Shown piece by piece: positions 10,013 through 18,695 of a stretch of DNA of 64,000 nt; position 1 is the stretch's first letter; the number at the start of each line of letters is the position of its first letter. The position numbers and the translations under genes were made by a program. Location: contig CBDATQ010000001.1 of assembly GCA_965199955.1 (NCBI GenBank), positions 1,312,001 through 1,376,000 on the forward strand, written 5' to 3'. The DNA is from Spirochaetia bacterium (GTDB lineage Bacteria > Spirochaetota > Spirochaetia > SZUA-6 > Bin103). The notes beneath the pieces were generated by a model. It had not been told where the DNA came from. It did no database searches and saw only the letters and a list, made by a program, of their open reading frames with translations.

Positions 10013-11101
10013 GTGATCGGTGGGTGCTGCTACCCTCCACCCGCCATCGCCCGCACCGGCATCAGTGCCAAACCCCTGACCGTGTACGTTGCGCTCAGCG
10101 GAGAAGACCGCGTGTCGCGGCTGGCGCTCGACCCCGACGACGGGGTGCTCCGGCCCGCTGGCTCGTACGCGCTGGCCGGCGGCCCCGCGCCGATGGCGTT
10201 CGACCCGGCGGGACGGCTCGTCTACGTCAGCCGCCGGCGTGACGAGTGCATCAGCACGCTGATGGTCGAACCCGACGGAAGCCTGACTCCCGTCGGCGAG
10301 CTGGCGACTCCATCGGGCGCCTGCTACGTGTCCACCGACCGCACCGGCCGCTTCCTGCTGTCCGCCTACTACGCGGACGGCGCCGTGGCCGTGCACGCCA
10401 TCGGTGCTGACGGCGTCGCCACGGGCCCGGCGCTCTGCCGGCACGAAACCGGGGTCGGCGCGCACATCCTGGAAACCGACCGTACCAACCGCTGGGCCTT
10501 CTCCTGCACCATCGCCGAGCCGGTCGGCTCCAACGCCGTGCACCAGTTCCTGTTCGACGAGCGGGCGGGCACGCTGCGGCCCAACACGCCGCCGCGCCTG
10601 ATCGGCGAGAACGGCTGCGGGCCGCGCCACTTCTGCTTCCACCCTCGGCTGCCGCTCATGTACGTGTCCAACGAGCAGGGCGGGAGCGTCACGGCCTACC
10701 GCCACGACACGGGGAGCGGCACCTTGGCCCGCTGGCACACCGTCTCCACGCTGCCCGCCGGCTACGACGGTGAGAACACCTGCTCGCAGATCCGCATCAC
10801 CCCCGACGGGACCAGCCTGTTCGCGCCGAACCGTGGCCACGACAGCATCGCCAACTTCGCGCTCGACGAACGGACCGGCGCGTTGTCGTTGCGCGAGATC
10901 GTGCCCACGGAGCCGGTGCCGCGGGCCTGCCAGCTCGACCGGGCGGGCCGGCTGCTGCTGGCCGCCGGGCAGGACTCGGGCCGCATCGCCGCCTACCGGA
11001 TCGAGCCGGCGGGCGGCCGGCTGACCCCGCTGGCGGTGAGCGAGGTGGGGGAATCTCCCATGTGGATACTGTTTCGACCGGACAAGGAGATGCACGCATG
11101 A
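10013..11101 (+). CDS. Lactonase family beta-propeller (6-phosphogluconolactonase-like); true start may be slightly downstream
   Basis: GPRHFCFHP, YVSNE, STLP, I.ITPDG...APNRGHDSI, PR. Confidence 0.85.
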   Translation: MIGGCCYPPPAIARTGISAKPLTVYVALSGEDRVSRLALDPDDGVLRPAGSYALAGGPAPMAFDPAGRLVYVSRRRDECISTLMVEPDGSLTPVGELATPSGACYVSTDRTGRFLLSAYYADGAVAVHAIGADGVATGPALCRHETGVGAHILETDRTNRWAFSCTIAEPVGSNAVHQFLFDERAGTLRPNTPPRLIGENGCGPRHFCFHPRLPLMYVSNEQGGSVTAYRHDTGSGTLARWHTVSTLPAGYDGENTCSQIRITPDGTSLFAPNRGHDSIANFALDERTGALSLREIVPTEPVPRACQLDRAGRLLLAAGQDSGRIAAYRIEPAGGRLTPLAVSEVGESPMWILFRPDKEMHA

Positions 11102-11973
11102 CCGTGGGAGTGAACGACTCCGTTGGAGTCGGCGACTACCGATACCGGCTGGTGCCCGACTGGGGCGACCAGGAGATCCGCGCGCAGATCGGCATCGTCA
11201 CGGCGGTGGCGACCGACGCGAACGACCGCGTGTACGTCGCCGACCGCGAGCCGAACGACGTGATCCGCGTGTTCGAGCGCGACGGCACCTACGTGGAGAC
11301 CTGGGGCGGGGACTTCCTGAAGCGGCCGCACTCGATCTGGATCGGGCCCGACCAGCTCGCCTACATCACCGATATCATTCACCACACCGTGGAGATCTGC
11401 CGGCTGGACGGCACCGTCGTGCAGACCATCGGCACCCGCGGCAAGCCCGGCGAGCCCGGGGCGCCGTTCAACCGGCCGACCTGGGCGGTGCGGGCGCCGT
11501 GGGGCGACCTGTACGTCTCCGACGGCTACGGCCAGGAGCGCATGCACCGGTTCACGCCGGAGGGCGAGCTGGTGCGCTCCTGGGGAGCCGAAGGCACGGG
11601 TCCCGGGGAGTTCCAGCTCCCGCACTGCGTGAAGGTGGACCCGCGCGGGCGGCTGCTGGTCATCGACCGCACCAACGCCCGCATCCAGGTGTTCGACCGG
11701 GAAGGCGACTTCATCGAGGAATGGACGGACGTGAAGGCCGCCAACGACCTGGTGATCGACGACCGGGACGTCGTCCATCTTGCCGAGGCGGACGCGACGG
11801 TGGCGCTGGTCGACCTGGACGGCCGCGTCATCGGCCGCTGGGGACAGAAGGGGGACGAGCCCGGCCGGTTCAAGGGCGCCCCGCACGGCATCTGGGAGGA
11901 CTCGCACGGCGACCTCTACGTCTGCGAGGTCCCGTTCGACCGCGACCGCCTGCAGAAGTTCGAGCGGATATAG
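11098..11973 (+). CDS. NHL-repeat protein (peptidyl-alpha-hydroxyglycine alpha-amidating lyase-like)
   Basis: FNRPT, YVSDGYG, SWG..GTGPGEF.LPH, DRTNARIQVFD, PHGIW.DS.GDLYV.E; SD aaggag upstream of ATG 11098. Confidence 0.85.
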   Translation: MTVGVNDSVGVGDYRYRLVPDWGDQEIRAQIGIVTAVATDANDRVYVADREPNDVIRVFERDGTYVETWGGDFLKRPHSIWIGPDQLAYITDIIHHTVEICRLDGTVVQTIGTRGKPGEPGAPFNRPTWAVRAPWGDLYVSDGYGQERMHRFTPEGELVRSWGAEGTGPGEFQLPHCVKVDPRGRLLVIDRTNARIQVFDREGDFIEEWTDVKAANDLVIDDRDVVHLAEADATVALVDLDGRVIGRWGQKGDEPGRFKGAPHGIWEDSHGDLYVCEVPFDRDRLQKFERI

Positions 11974-11975
11974 TC

Positions 11976-13082
11976 ATGTATGGCGTTGCTCTGATCGGCA
12001 CCGGCCGCGTCGGCTATCAGTTCACGTTCAGCGACCTGCCCGACAACCACGCCGCCGCGGTGGCGGCGAGCGACCGCTGCCGGCTGGTGGCGGGCGTCAA
12101 CCGCGGGCGGGACAAGCTGGTCGAGTTCGGCGAGCGCTTCGGCGTCGAGGCGCTCTATCACGACTACCGGCAGATGCTCGCCGAGACCTCGCCCGAGATC
12201 TGCATCGTCGCCACCCACCCCGAGCTGCACTGCGCGATGGTGGAAGACTTCGCGGCGGCGCCGTCCACGCGCGCGATCATCTGCGAGAAGCCGATGGCGC
12301 TCTCCCTGGAAGAGTGCGACCGCATGATCGCCGCCTGCGAGCGCGCGGGCGTGCTGCTGCAGATCAACCACAACCGGCGTTGGCACCCGGAGTGGATCCT
12401 GGCCAAGGAGCTGGTGTCAGGCGGCGCCATCGGCAAGCTCAACTACATCCGGTGCTCGATGGACGGCGGCAAACCGACGCCGTCGTGGCGCAGCGAGAAC
12501 GAGGGGCCTCTGCTGCATGACTTCACCCACTATTTCGACCTGATGGACCTGTTCGCCAGCGAAGTGGAGTGGCTGTGCGGCATGGCCGAGCAGCGCTCCC
12601 GGCCGTGGGCGGTGGAGGACTTCAGCGCTGCGTTCATGAAGTTCGGCTCCGGCGTGACCGGCATCGTGCACGGGGCGGAGCTCACCGACTACGAGAACCA
12701 TGCGTTCGTGCTGAGCGGCTCGACCGGCATGATCGACATGCAGGGCGAGCAGGTGCGCCTGCTCCGGTCGCATCCCGGCGACGTCGAGCCCGACAGCGGC
12801 TTCGCGTGGCGGGAGCTCGCCGAGGCCCCGGTCGAGAGGCCGGCCCCGGCCTCGACCTACTGCGCCGCCCTCGACGAGTTGCTGGACGCACTGGACGGCA
12901 CGGGGACGCTGCGCAGCGACGGCCGCGTCGGCCGCCGCTCCATGGAGATGATCATGGCGATCTACCAGTCGCAGCTCGACGGCAACCGCCCGGTGAGCTT
13001 CCCGGTCACCATGGCCGGCTCGGGGGCGGAGGCGCTGCGCGCGGCCGGCCACTTCGTCGAGCGGGGCGACGATCGGGACTGA
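11976..13082 (+). CDS. Gfo/Idh/MocA-family oxidoreductase
   Basis: ALIGTGRVG Rossmann motif, CEKPMA, NHNRRW, LHDFTH.FD. Confidence 0.9.
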   Translation: MYGVALIGTGRVGYQFTFSDLPDNHAAAVAASDRCRLVAGVNRGRDKLVEFGERFGVEALYHDYRQMLAETSPEICIVATHPELHCAMVEDFAAAPSTRAIICEKPMALSLEECDRMIAACERAGVLLQINHNRRWHPEWILAKELVSGGAIGKLNYIRCSMDGGKPTPSWRSENEGPLLHDFTHYFDLMDLFASEVEWLCGMAEQRSRPWAVEDFSAAFMKFGSGVTGIVHGAELTDYENHAFVLSGSTGMIDMQGEQVRLLRSHPGDVEPDSGFAWRELAEAPVERPAPASTYCAALDELLDALDGTGTLRSDGRVGRRSMEMIMAIYQSQLDGNRPVSFPVTMAGSGAEALRAAGHFVERGDDRD

Positions 13083-13096
13083 CGAGGGGGAAGGGG

Positions 13097-13903
13097 ATGG
13101 CGATGACCGACTCGGAACGATTCCACTTCGACCTGGCCGGGTTCGTGGTGCGTCCGGCGATCCTGGCGGAAGGCGAGATCGAGGGGATCGTCGACCAGAT
13201 CGACCGCATCAAGCACAATCCCGAGTCGCTGCCGCCGGCGCATCGGGCCGTGCCCGGCGGGCCTTCGAGCGTGCTCATCGACCACCCGCAGGTGATCGAC
13301 GTGCTGCACGACGTGATCGGCCCCGACATCCGCCTGGAGTCGAGCTCCTGCGTGTGGCGGAAACAGGGAGAGGCGCACGGCGACCTGCACGGCGGGGGGC
13401 CGCAGCAGGGGGACCCGATCTTCGGCTACCGGGTCCAGGACGGCCGTATCCACGCCGGCATGGTGCGCGTCGTGTTCGAGCTCACCGATGTCTCGAAGGA
13501 CGACGGCGGCACCCACTTCATCGCCGGCAGCCACAAGAGCAACTTCCCCATGCACCCCGACCACCTGTCGCTGGAGCCGGGCAGACGCAGCCCGTTCCTG
13601 ACGACCTACGAGTGCCCGTCCGGCAGCGCGATCTTCTTCACCGAGAACGTCTGTCACGCCGGACCCGAGTGGCGCCGCGCCACGCCGCGCGTGGCGGTGC
13701 TCAACGCCTACGCCCACCTCGCCACCCACTGGCACCGGCTCACGCTCCCCGCGGAGGTCCTGGAGTCGCTGCCGCGTGAGAAGCAGGCCTACTTCCGCCC
13801 GCCGTGGATCGCCGACTTCCGTACCAAGCCGGCGACCCACAACACTATCGAACGCTTCGTCGGCAACGACGAGGAGATGGTAAGCGTCGACCATCGACCC
13901 TGA
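13097..13903 (+). CDS. Phytanoyl-CoA dioxygenase (PhyH)-family Fe/2OG enzyme, LHGG subtype
   Basis: FDL.GF.V, IDHP, LHGG, ELTDV...DGGT.FIAGSHK, GS.IFF.E...H. Confidence 0.85.
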   Translation: MAMTDSERFHFDLAGFVVRPAILAEGEIEGIVDQIDRIKHNPESLPPAHRAVPGGPSSVLIDHPQVIDVLHDVIGPDIRLESSSCVWRKQGEAHGDLHGGGPQQGDPIFGYRVQDGRIHAGMVRVVFELTDVSKDDGGTHFIAGSHKSNFPMHPDHLSLEPGRRSPFLTTYECPSGSAIFFTENVCHAGPEWRRATPRVAVLNAYAHLATHWHRLTLPAEVLESLPREKQAYFRPPWIADFRTKPATHNTIERFVGNDEEMVSVDHRP

Positions 13904-14477
13904 AGACAAGGCGCAGCGGGTCTGGAACCTGGTCGACAAGGGCGAGGTGTTCGAGCGGGCGATTCAGCACCCGCGCGTGCTCGGCGCGATGACCTGCCTG
14001 CTCGGCGCGGACTGCACGCTGAGCTCGTTCACGGTCAACGTGATCGGCCCCGGCGCACCGGACGGCGGCCTGCACATCGACCACCCGCTGGGGACGCTGC
14101 CGACGCCCCGTCCGGCGTTCCCGCTGTCCGCAAACAGCATCTGGTTCCTCGACGACTTCACGGCCGAGAACGGTGCCACGCGCTGCATTCCCGGCAGTCA
14201 CCGCCGGCTCTGCCGGAGCCGGGCGTGCGCTACGACGACGAGCTGCAGGTCACCGGGCCGAAGGGCTCAGTGATGATCACCAACGGAGCGCTGTGGCACG
14301 CGTCGTCGGCGAACCGCACCGACCGCGAGCGCGTGTGCCTGCTCGGCTTCTTCTGCCGCGCGTTCCTGAAGCCGCAGCAGGATCAGATCAGGATCGTCTC
14401 CGACGAGGTGGTCGCGCGCCACCCCCACCCTGAAGCGCCTGCTCGGCTTCGACTCCAGGCCGAACACGCTCGCCTGA
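13899..14477 (+). pseudogene. PhyH-family dioxygenase, N-terminally truncated with two frameshifts
   Basis: QRVWNLVDKG..F, LHID, WFLDDFT.ENGATR.IPGSH | GPKGSV....GALWH...ANRT...R | LLGF; frame changes near 14210 and 14425; no N-terminal GY/GF segment. Confidence 0.75.
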
Positions 14478-14481
14478 GCGG

Positions 14482-14871
14482 TCATGTCCAGCGCTCCAGG
14501 CGCAGCCCCCCTATGCGCTCGAAGTGCCGCGTGTTGCCGGTCACCAGGAGCGAGCCGTGCACGAGCGTGGTGGCGGCGATGAACAGGTCCGCATCCGGGA
14601 GGAGCATCGAAGCCCGGGACAGCTCGGTCTTGAGTTGACCGAACCGCTGTGCGATCGCGCGATCCGATTCGACCACCAGGACGGACAGCAGCAGTGCGCC
14701 CACCGCATGCCGGGCTTGGGCCGGCTGCGACGAGCGCTCCACGCCGTAGTACAGCTCGGCCACCGACATGAACGACACGCCGATCGCGTCTTCGGTCAGG
14801 GCGCGCTGCTCAATCACGCGCCCGTTCCCGCGCAACAGCTCCACGCACGTATCGGTGTCCAGGATGATCAC
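14482..14871 (-). CDS. vapC: VapC-family PIN-domain toxin
   Basis: ILDTD, S.AEL.YG, DADLFIAAT, LVTGN.RHF.RI.GL..E.W. Confidence 0.9.
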   Translation of the reverse strand: MIILDTDTCVELLRGNGRVIEQRALTEDAIGVSFMSVAELYYGVERSSQPAQARHAVGALLLSVLVVESDRAIAQRFGQLKTELSRASMLLPDADLFIAATTLVHGSLLVTGNTRHFERIGGLRLERWT

Positions 14872-15152
14872 AGGCTGATGTCCCGGCCCAAGGTCCGGTG
14901 CTCATGGATTTCGGCGATGATCTGCTCGGTGGAACGGTCATCTTCCCACCACCCGGCGATGCTGCGCCAGATCCTCAACTGAGTGTCCTTGGGCACGGCC
15001 GCGCGCTGGCTCCGTGCGCGATCCTCGGCCTGAAGGGCACGGTCGATCAGTACTAGCAATTCGCCGTTCATGCTGCGGCGCTCGGCGCGGGCGAGCGACC
15101 GGATCCGTTCAAGAACCGGCTCGTCCACACCTCGGATCGTGATGCTCGCCAT
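14868..15152 (-). CDS. FitA/Arc-like ribbon-helix-helix antitoxin
   Basis: MASITIRGVDE....R....A....RS.N.E; 4-nt overlap with vapC. Confidence 0.8.
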   Translation of the reverse strand: MASITIRGVDEPVLERIRSLARAERRSMNGELLVLIDRALQAEDRARSQRAAVPKDTQLRIWRSIAGWWEDDRSTEQIIAEIHEHRTLGRDISL

Positions 15153-15159
15153 GACGCAG

Positions 15160-15206
15160 TCAATATAGTTGCAATACGCAACCACGTCGATGTCCCGATC
15201 AACGTG
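15160..15206 (-). promoter_or_regulatory. Putative TA promoter/operator
   Basis: AT-rich TATATT 9 nt before the antitoxin ATG; inverted repeats gttgc-aatac-gcaac and acgtcgat-N6-atcaacgt. Confidence 0.4.
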
Positions 15207-15283
15207 AGCGTGCGGCGGAGCAGCCATCCGTACCGGGCAAGCGTGGTGGCGACGCGCGGCGCCGCGGACGCTACAGTAGGCGG

Positions 15284-16615
15284 GTGAGCGACAACGGGAT
15301 CGATCGGGGAGCGGGCGGCTGCGTCATCTGCGGGCTGCAGTTCGGGGACGAGGGCAAGGGGCAGATCGTCGACTACCTGGCCGGCGACTTCGACGTGGTG
15401 GTGCGCTACAACGGCGGCGCCAACGCCGGCCACTCCGTGTGGATCGGCGACCGGCGCAAGGCGTTTCACCTGATGCCGTCCGGGATCCTCCGCGACGGTG
15501 TCCTCAACGTGATCGGCAACGGCACGGCCTTGGACCCGGCGCAGCTCCTCAAGGAGATGGACGAGCTGCAGGCGGAGGGGTATCCGGTCGACCCGGACCG
15601 GCTGGCGATCAGCGATCGCGCGCACGTGGTGATGCCGTACCACAAGATCGAGGACGAGCTCATGGACCGCGCCTTCGCGTCCGGCGAGAACGGCGAGATC
15701 GGCACGACGCGCCGCGGGATCGGCCCGTGCTACGCGGACAAGGCGCACCGCGTCACCGCCGTGCGCATGGCCGACATCAAGGACCAGCCCTATCTCGGCG
15801 CGCGGCTTCCCCGCCTGGTGTCGCTCAAGAACAGCCTGCTCGGCGCGTTGGCGACTGAATCCGGCCGGGACTTCCGACAACTCGCGAGCGAGCCGATCAT
15901 GGAGCAGTGCGCGGAGTGGGGGAGCCGGCTGGCCCCGTACATCACCGACACGGAGTACGTGCTGGACGACGCGCGGAGGAGCGGCAAGAACATCCTGTTC
16001 GAGGGGGCGCACGCGGCGCTGCTGGACGTGGACTTCGGCACCTACCCGTACTGCACGTCGAGCGTTTGCTCGCCGGGCGGGGCGCTGGCCGTGACCGGGC
16101 TGGCAGCCCGAACCCTGGGCGAGGTGGTCGGCGTCGCCAAGTTGTACATGAGCCGCGTGGGCGAGGGGCCGTTTCCGACGGAGATCCTCGGCGAGGCGGC
16201 GGATCGGATCCGGGAAGCCGGCAACGAGTACGGCACCTCCACCGGACGGCCGCGGCGCGTGGGCTGGCTGGACCTGGTGGCGCTCAGGCACACCGCCCGG
16301 GTGACCGGGGTGACCGCGCTGGCCGTGACCGGTCTGGGTGTCCTGTCCACGCTCTCCGAGCTGCGCGTCTGCAGCGGCTACTCGATCGGCACGGAGCGGG
16401 TCGACCGCGTGCCCGCCAACGTGCGGCGTCTCGGTGACGTCCAGCCCCACTACGAGGAGCTGGAGCCCGTGGGTGGTCCGCTCGACGGCATCCGCCGGCG
16501 CGCCGACCTGCCGGGCGGGGCGCGGCGGCTGATCGAGCGCGTCGAGTCCTTCGTGAACGTCCCGGTCCGCTACATCTGCGTAACCAAGGGACGTGCCGGG
16601 GTGATCGCCGAGTAG
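15284..16615 (+). CDS. purA: Adenylosuccinate synthetase homologue, divergent (altered nucleotide-binding motifs)
   Basis: QFGDEGKG, GG.NAGH, IGTT.RGIGP.Y.DK, FEGA...LD.D.GTYPY.TSS, RVG.GPFPTE, E.G..TGR.RR.GWLD; but TKLD is TGLG and STGP is CVTK. Confidence 0.85.
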   Translation: MSDNGIDRGAGGCVICGLQFGDEGKGQIVDYLAGDFDVVVRYNGGANAGHSVWIGDRRKAFHLMPSGILRDGVLNVIGNGTALDPAQLLKEMDELQAEGYPVDPDRLAISDRAHVVMPYHKIEDELMDRAFASGENGEIGTTRRGIGPCYADKAHRVTAVRMADIKDQPYLGARLPRLVSLKNSLLGALATESGRDFRQLASEPIMEQCAEWGSRLAPYITDTEYVLDDARRSGKNILFEGAHAALLDVDFGTYPYCTSSVCSPGGALAVTGLAARTLGEVVGVAKLYMSRVGEGPFPTEILGEAADRIREAGNEYGTSTGRPRRVGWLDLVALRHTARVTGVTALAVTGLGVLSTLSELRVCSGYSIGTERVDRVPANVRRLGDVQPHYEELEPVGGPLDGIRRRADLPGGARRLIERVESFVNVPVRYICVTKGRAGVIAE

Positions 16616-16656
16616 ACGGCGCCACGTCGGCTCCGATCCTGCTATCGTAGGGCCTC

Positions 16657-17613
16657 ATGAACGACGAGCGATGGACTGACATCTTTCCGGCGACCTGCCT
16701 GCCGCTGCACGACGACTACTCCGTGAACGAAGGGGAGCTGCGCCGCTACGTGCGCTGGCTGGCCGGCTTCGACGAGATCCGCGGCCTGGTCTGCAACGGC
16801 CACACGGGCGAGATCACCTCGCTGTCGCCCGCGGAGCGCCGCCGCGTGACCGAGGTGATCGCGAGCGAGGTTGCAGGCGACGTCCTGGTGGTCTCCGGCG
16901 TGTCCGCCGAGGGAACGCTGGAGGCGATCGAGCACGCGCAGGAGGCCCAGGAGGCGGGCGCCGACGGCATCCTGCTGATGCCGCCGCACAACTGGCTGCG
17001 GTTCGGCATGAAGCCGGAGACGCCGGTGCGGTTCTTTCAGCGCGTGGCCGAAGCGATCGACATCGGCATCGTCATCCACCTGTACCCGTTCGCCACCAAG
17101 GCGTTCTACCCGGCGGAGACCGTCATCGAGATGGCGAAGATCCCCAACGTGAAGGCCCTCAAGACCGGCACCCGTCACATGGCGCTGTACGAGCGCGACT
17201 GCCGCCTGTTCCGCCGCCACGTGCCGGACCTGTCGCTGTTGACGTGCCACGACGAGTCGCTGCTGTCGTCCATGTACGTGGGCGTCGACGGTGCGCTGAT
17301 CGGCTTCGCGGGCTGCATCCCGGAGCTGATCTGCGAGGCGTGGACGGCGATGAAGGCGGGCGACTTCGCGCGCACGCGCGACCTGCAGGACCACATCTTC
17401 CCGATGGCGGAGGCCATCTACGGCATCGGCCAGCCCTCCGGCGAGGCGCACGCCCGCATGAACGAGGCGCTCTACCAGCGCGGCGTGTTCGGCTCGCCGC
17501 TGATGCGCGAGCCGGTGCTGCCGCTCGACGATGCGGAGAAGGCGCAGGTGCGCGCGGCGCTGGCCGAGGCGAAGGTGGCGCCCGTGGCTCGGGAGCAGCC
17601 GCAGCCGGCGTAG
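16657..17613 (+). CDS. Dihydrodipicolinate synthase / N-acetylneuraminate lyase family aldolase
   Basis: NGHTGE..SL...ER, AGADG.L..PP, conserved Tyr (IHLY), Schiff-base Lys (ALKTG). Confidence 0.88.
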   Translation: MNDERWTDIFPATCLPLHDDYSVNEGELRRYVRWLAGFDEIRGLVCNGHTGEITSLSPAERRRVTEVIASEVAGDVLVVSGVSAEGTLEAIEHAQEAQEAGADGILLMPPHNWLRFGMKPETPVRFFQRVAEAIDIGIVIHLYPFATKAFYPAETVIEMAKIPNVKALKTGTRHMALYERDCRLFRRHVPDLSLLTCHDESLLSSMYVGVDGALIGFAGCIPELICEAWTAMKAGDFARTRDLQDHIFPMAEAIYGIGQPSGEAHARMNEALYQRGVFGSPLMREPVLPLDDAEKAQVRAALAEAKVAPVAREQPQPA

Positions 17614-17622
17614 GGTCCCGCG

Positions 17623-18576
17623 ATGGCCGAGCCCGGGCCGAACGCCGGCGACTTCCCGCGGCCGTTCCCGGCGCTGACCCCCGAGCAGCGCCTCCACCTG
17701 GAGATCTACGGCTACGTCGTCGTGCCGGGGACGCTGTCGGAGGAGGAGACCGGCCGCATCCTGGAGGCGCTGCAGCGGCTCAAGCGCGAGCTGCACGCCG
17801 CCCGCGACCGCACCGGCGACCCCAACGTCCGGGTGCGCGGCGCCAACCTGCTCAAGGACGAGCCGCACCACGTGTACATGGGCGCGATCGTGGAGGCCGA
17901 TCCCGCCATCGCCGGATACGCCATCCACCCGCGGCTGGTGGGCATGGCCGAGGAGCTGATGGGAAGCGAGGCGCGCATCGTCGAGGTCAACGCCCACATC
18001 AACCGCCGCGATCCGGACCAGGACCTGTCCGCCCCGGCAACCTACGGCTTCCACCGCGGCACCGACGTGCCGTTCGGGACGCACCGCGACGGCGACCTGT
18101 TCCACTGCAACTTCGTCAAGACCCTGACCAACCTCACCGAGCTGGGCCCGGACGACGGCGGCACCACCGTCATCGCCGGCAGCCACAAGCTCGCGCAGCC
18201 GCCGGAGGAGCTGATCGCCTGCGCCTACCGCGACCGCTCGCTGATCCACCAGGTGGTGGCGCCCACCGGATCGACCCTGCTGTTCGGCGAGACCCTCATC
18301 CACGCCACCGGCCAGGTGCGCAGCGACCGGGAGCGCGCGATCGTCATCTGCGGCTACGCCCCCACCATGTACCAGAGCTGGGACGACGGCGAGCTCTCGG
18401 ACGCCTTCATCACGGACCTGCCGGAGCGCTACCGGCCCCTGTTCCTGGGCCGCCGGCACTGGCTGCGCGGCGCGCGGCGCCGCTCCCTCGCCGACCCGGC
18501 GGATGAGGGCGCCTTCGCGCTTCCCGAGTGGCCGGGCGAGCCGCTTCCGCTACGCAGCGCTGACCGGACGTCGTAG
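17623..18576 (+). CDS. PhyH-family Fe/2OG enzyme, FHRG subtype
   Basis: L...GYVVV...L, HPRLV, FHRG, LTELGPDDGGT.VIAGSHK, GS.LLF.E.LIH... Confidence 0.85.
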   Translation: MAEPGPNAGDFPRPFPALTPEQRLHLEIYGYVVVPGTLSEEETGRILEALQRLKRELHAARDRTGDPNVRVRGANLLKDEPHHVYMGAIVEADPAIAGYAIHPRLVGMAEELMGSEARIVEVNAHINRRDPDQDLSAPATYGFHRGTDVPFGTHRDGDLFHCNFVKTLTNLTELGPDDGGTTVIAGSHKLAQPPEELIACAYRDRSLIHQVVAPTGSTLLFGETLIHATGQVRSDRERAIVICGYAPTMYQSWDDGELSDAFITDLPERYRPLFLGRRHWLRGARRRSLADPADEGAFALPEWPGEPLPLRSADRTS

Positions 18577-18585
18577 GATGCCGCC

Positions 18586-18695
18586 ATGGGCAAGCTCCGG
18601 CTCCCCATCGGCATCCAGACCTTCCGACGTATCCGGGAGGGAGGCTTCTACTACGTAGACAAGACCGGCTACATCCGCCGGCTCCTGGACGCGCT
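18586..18695 (+). pseudogene. 5' fragment of AAA-ATPase-like (PD-(D/E)XK-associated) gene
   Basis: MGKLRLPIGIQTFRRIREGGFYYVDKTGYI, the characteristic N-terminus; similarity stops before the Walker A motif. Confidence 0.8.

Noticed and set aside
13880..13888. GTAAGCGTC identical to the IS66 left end, at the PhyH/PhyH junction
   Set aside because: Only 9-10 bp, lies in coding sequence, and no partner IR or further similarity was seen; could be chance
15284..16615. Calling the PurA homologue PurZ (Z-genome enzyme)
   Set aside because: Catalytic Asp13 is retained (GDEGKG, not GSxGKG), it is full PurA length, and no phage, dATPase or polymerase genes are nearby
16657..17613. Assigning dapA or nanA
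   Set aside because: NGHTGE replaces the GTTGE/GSTGE signature; only family-level assignment is supportable
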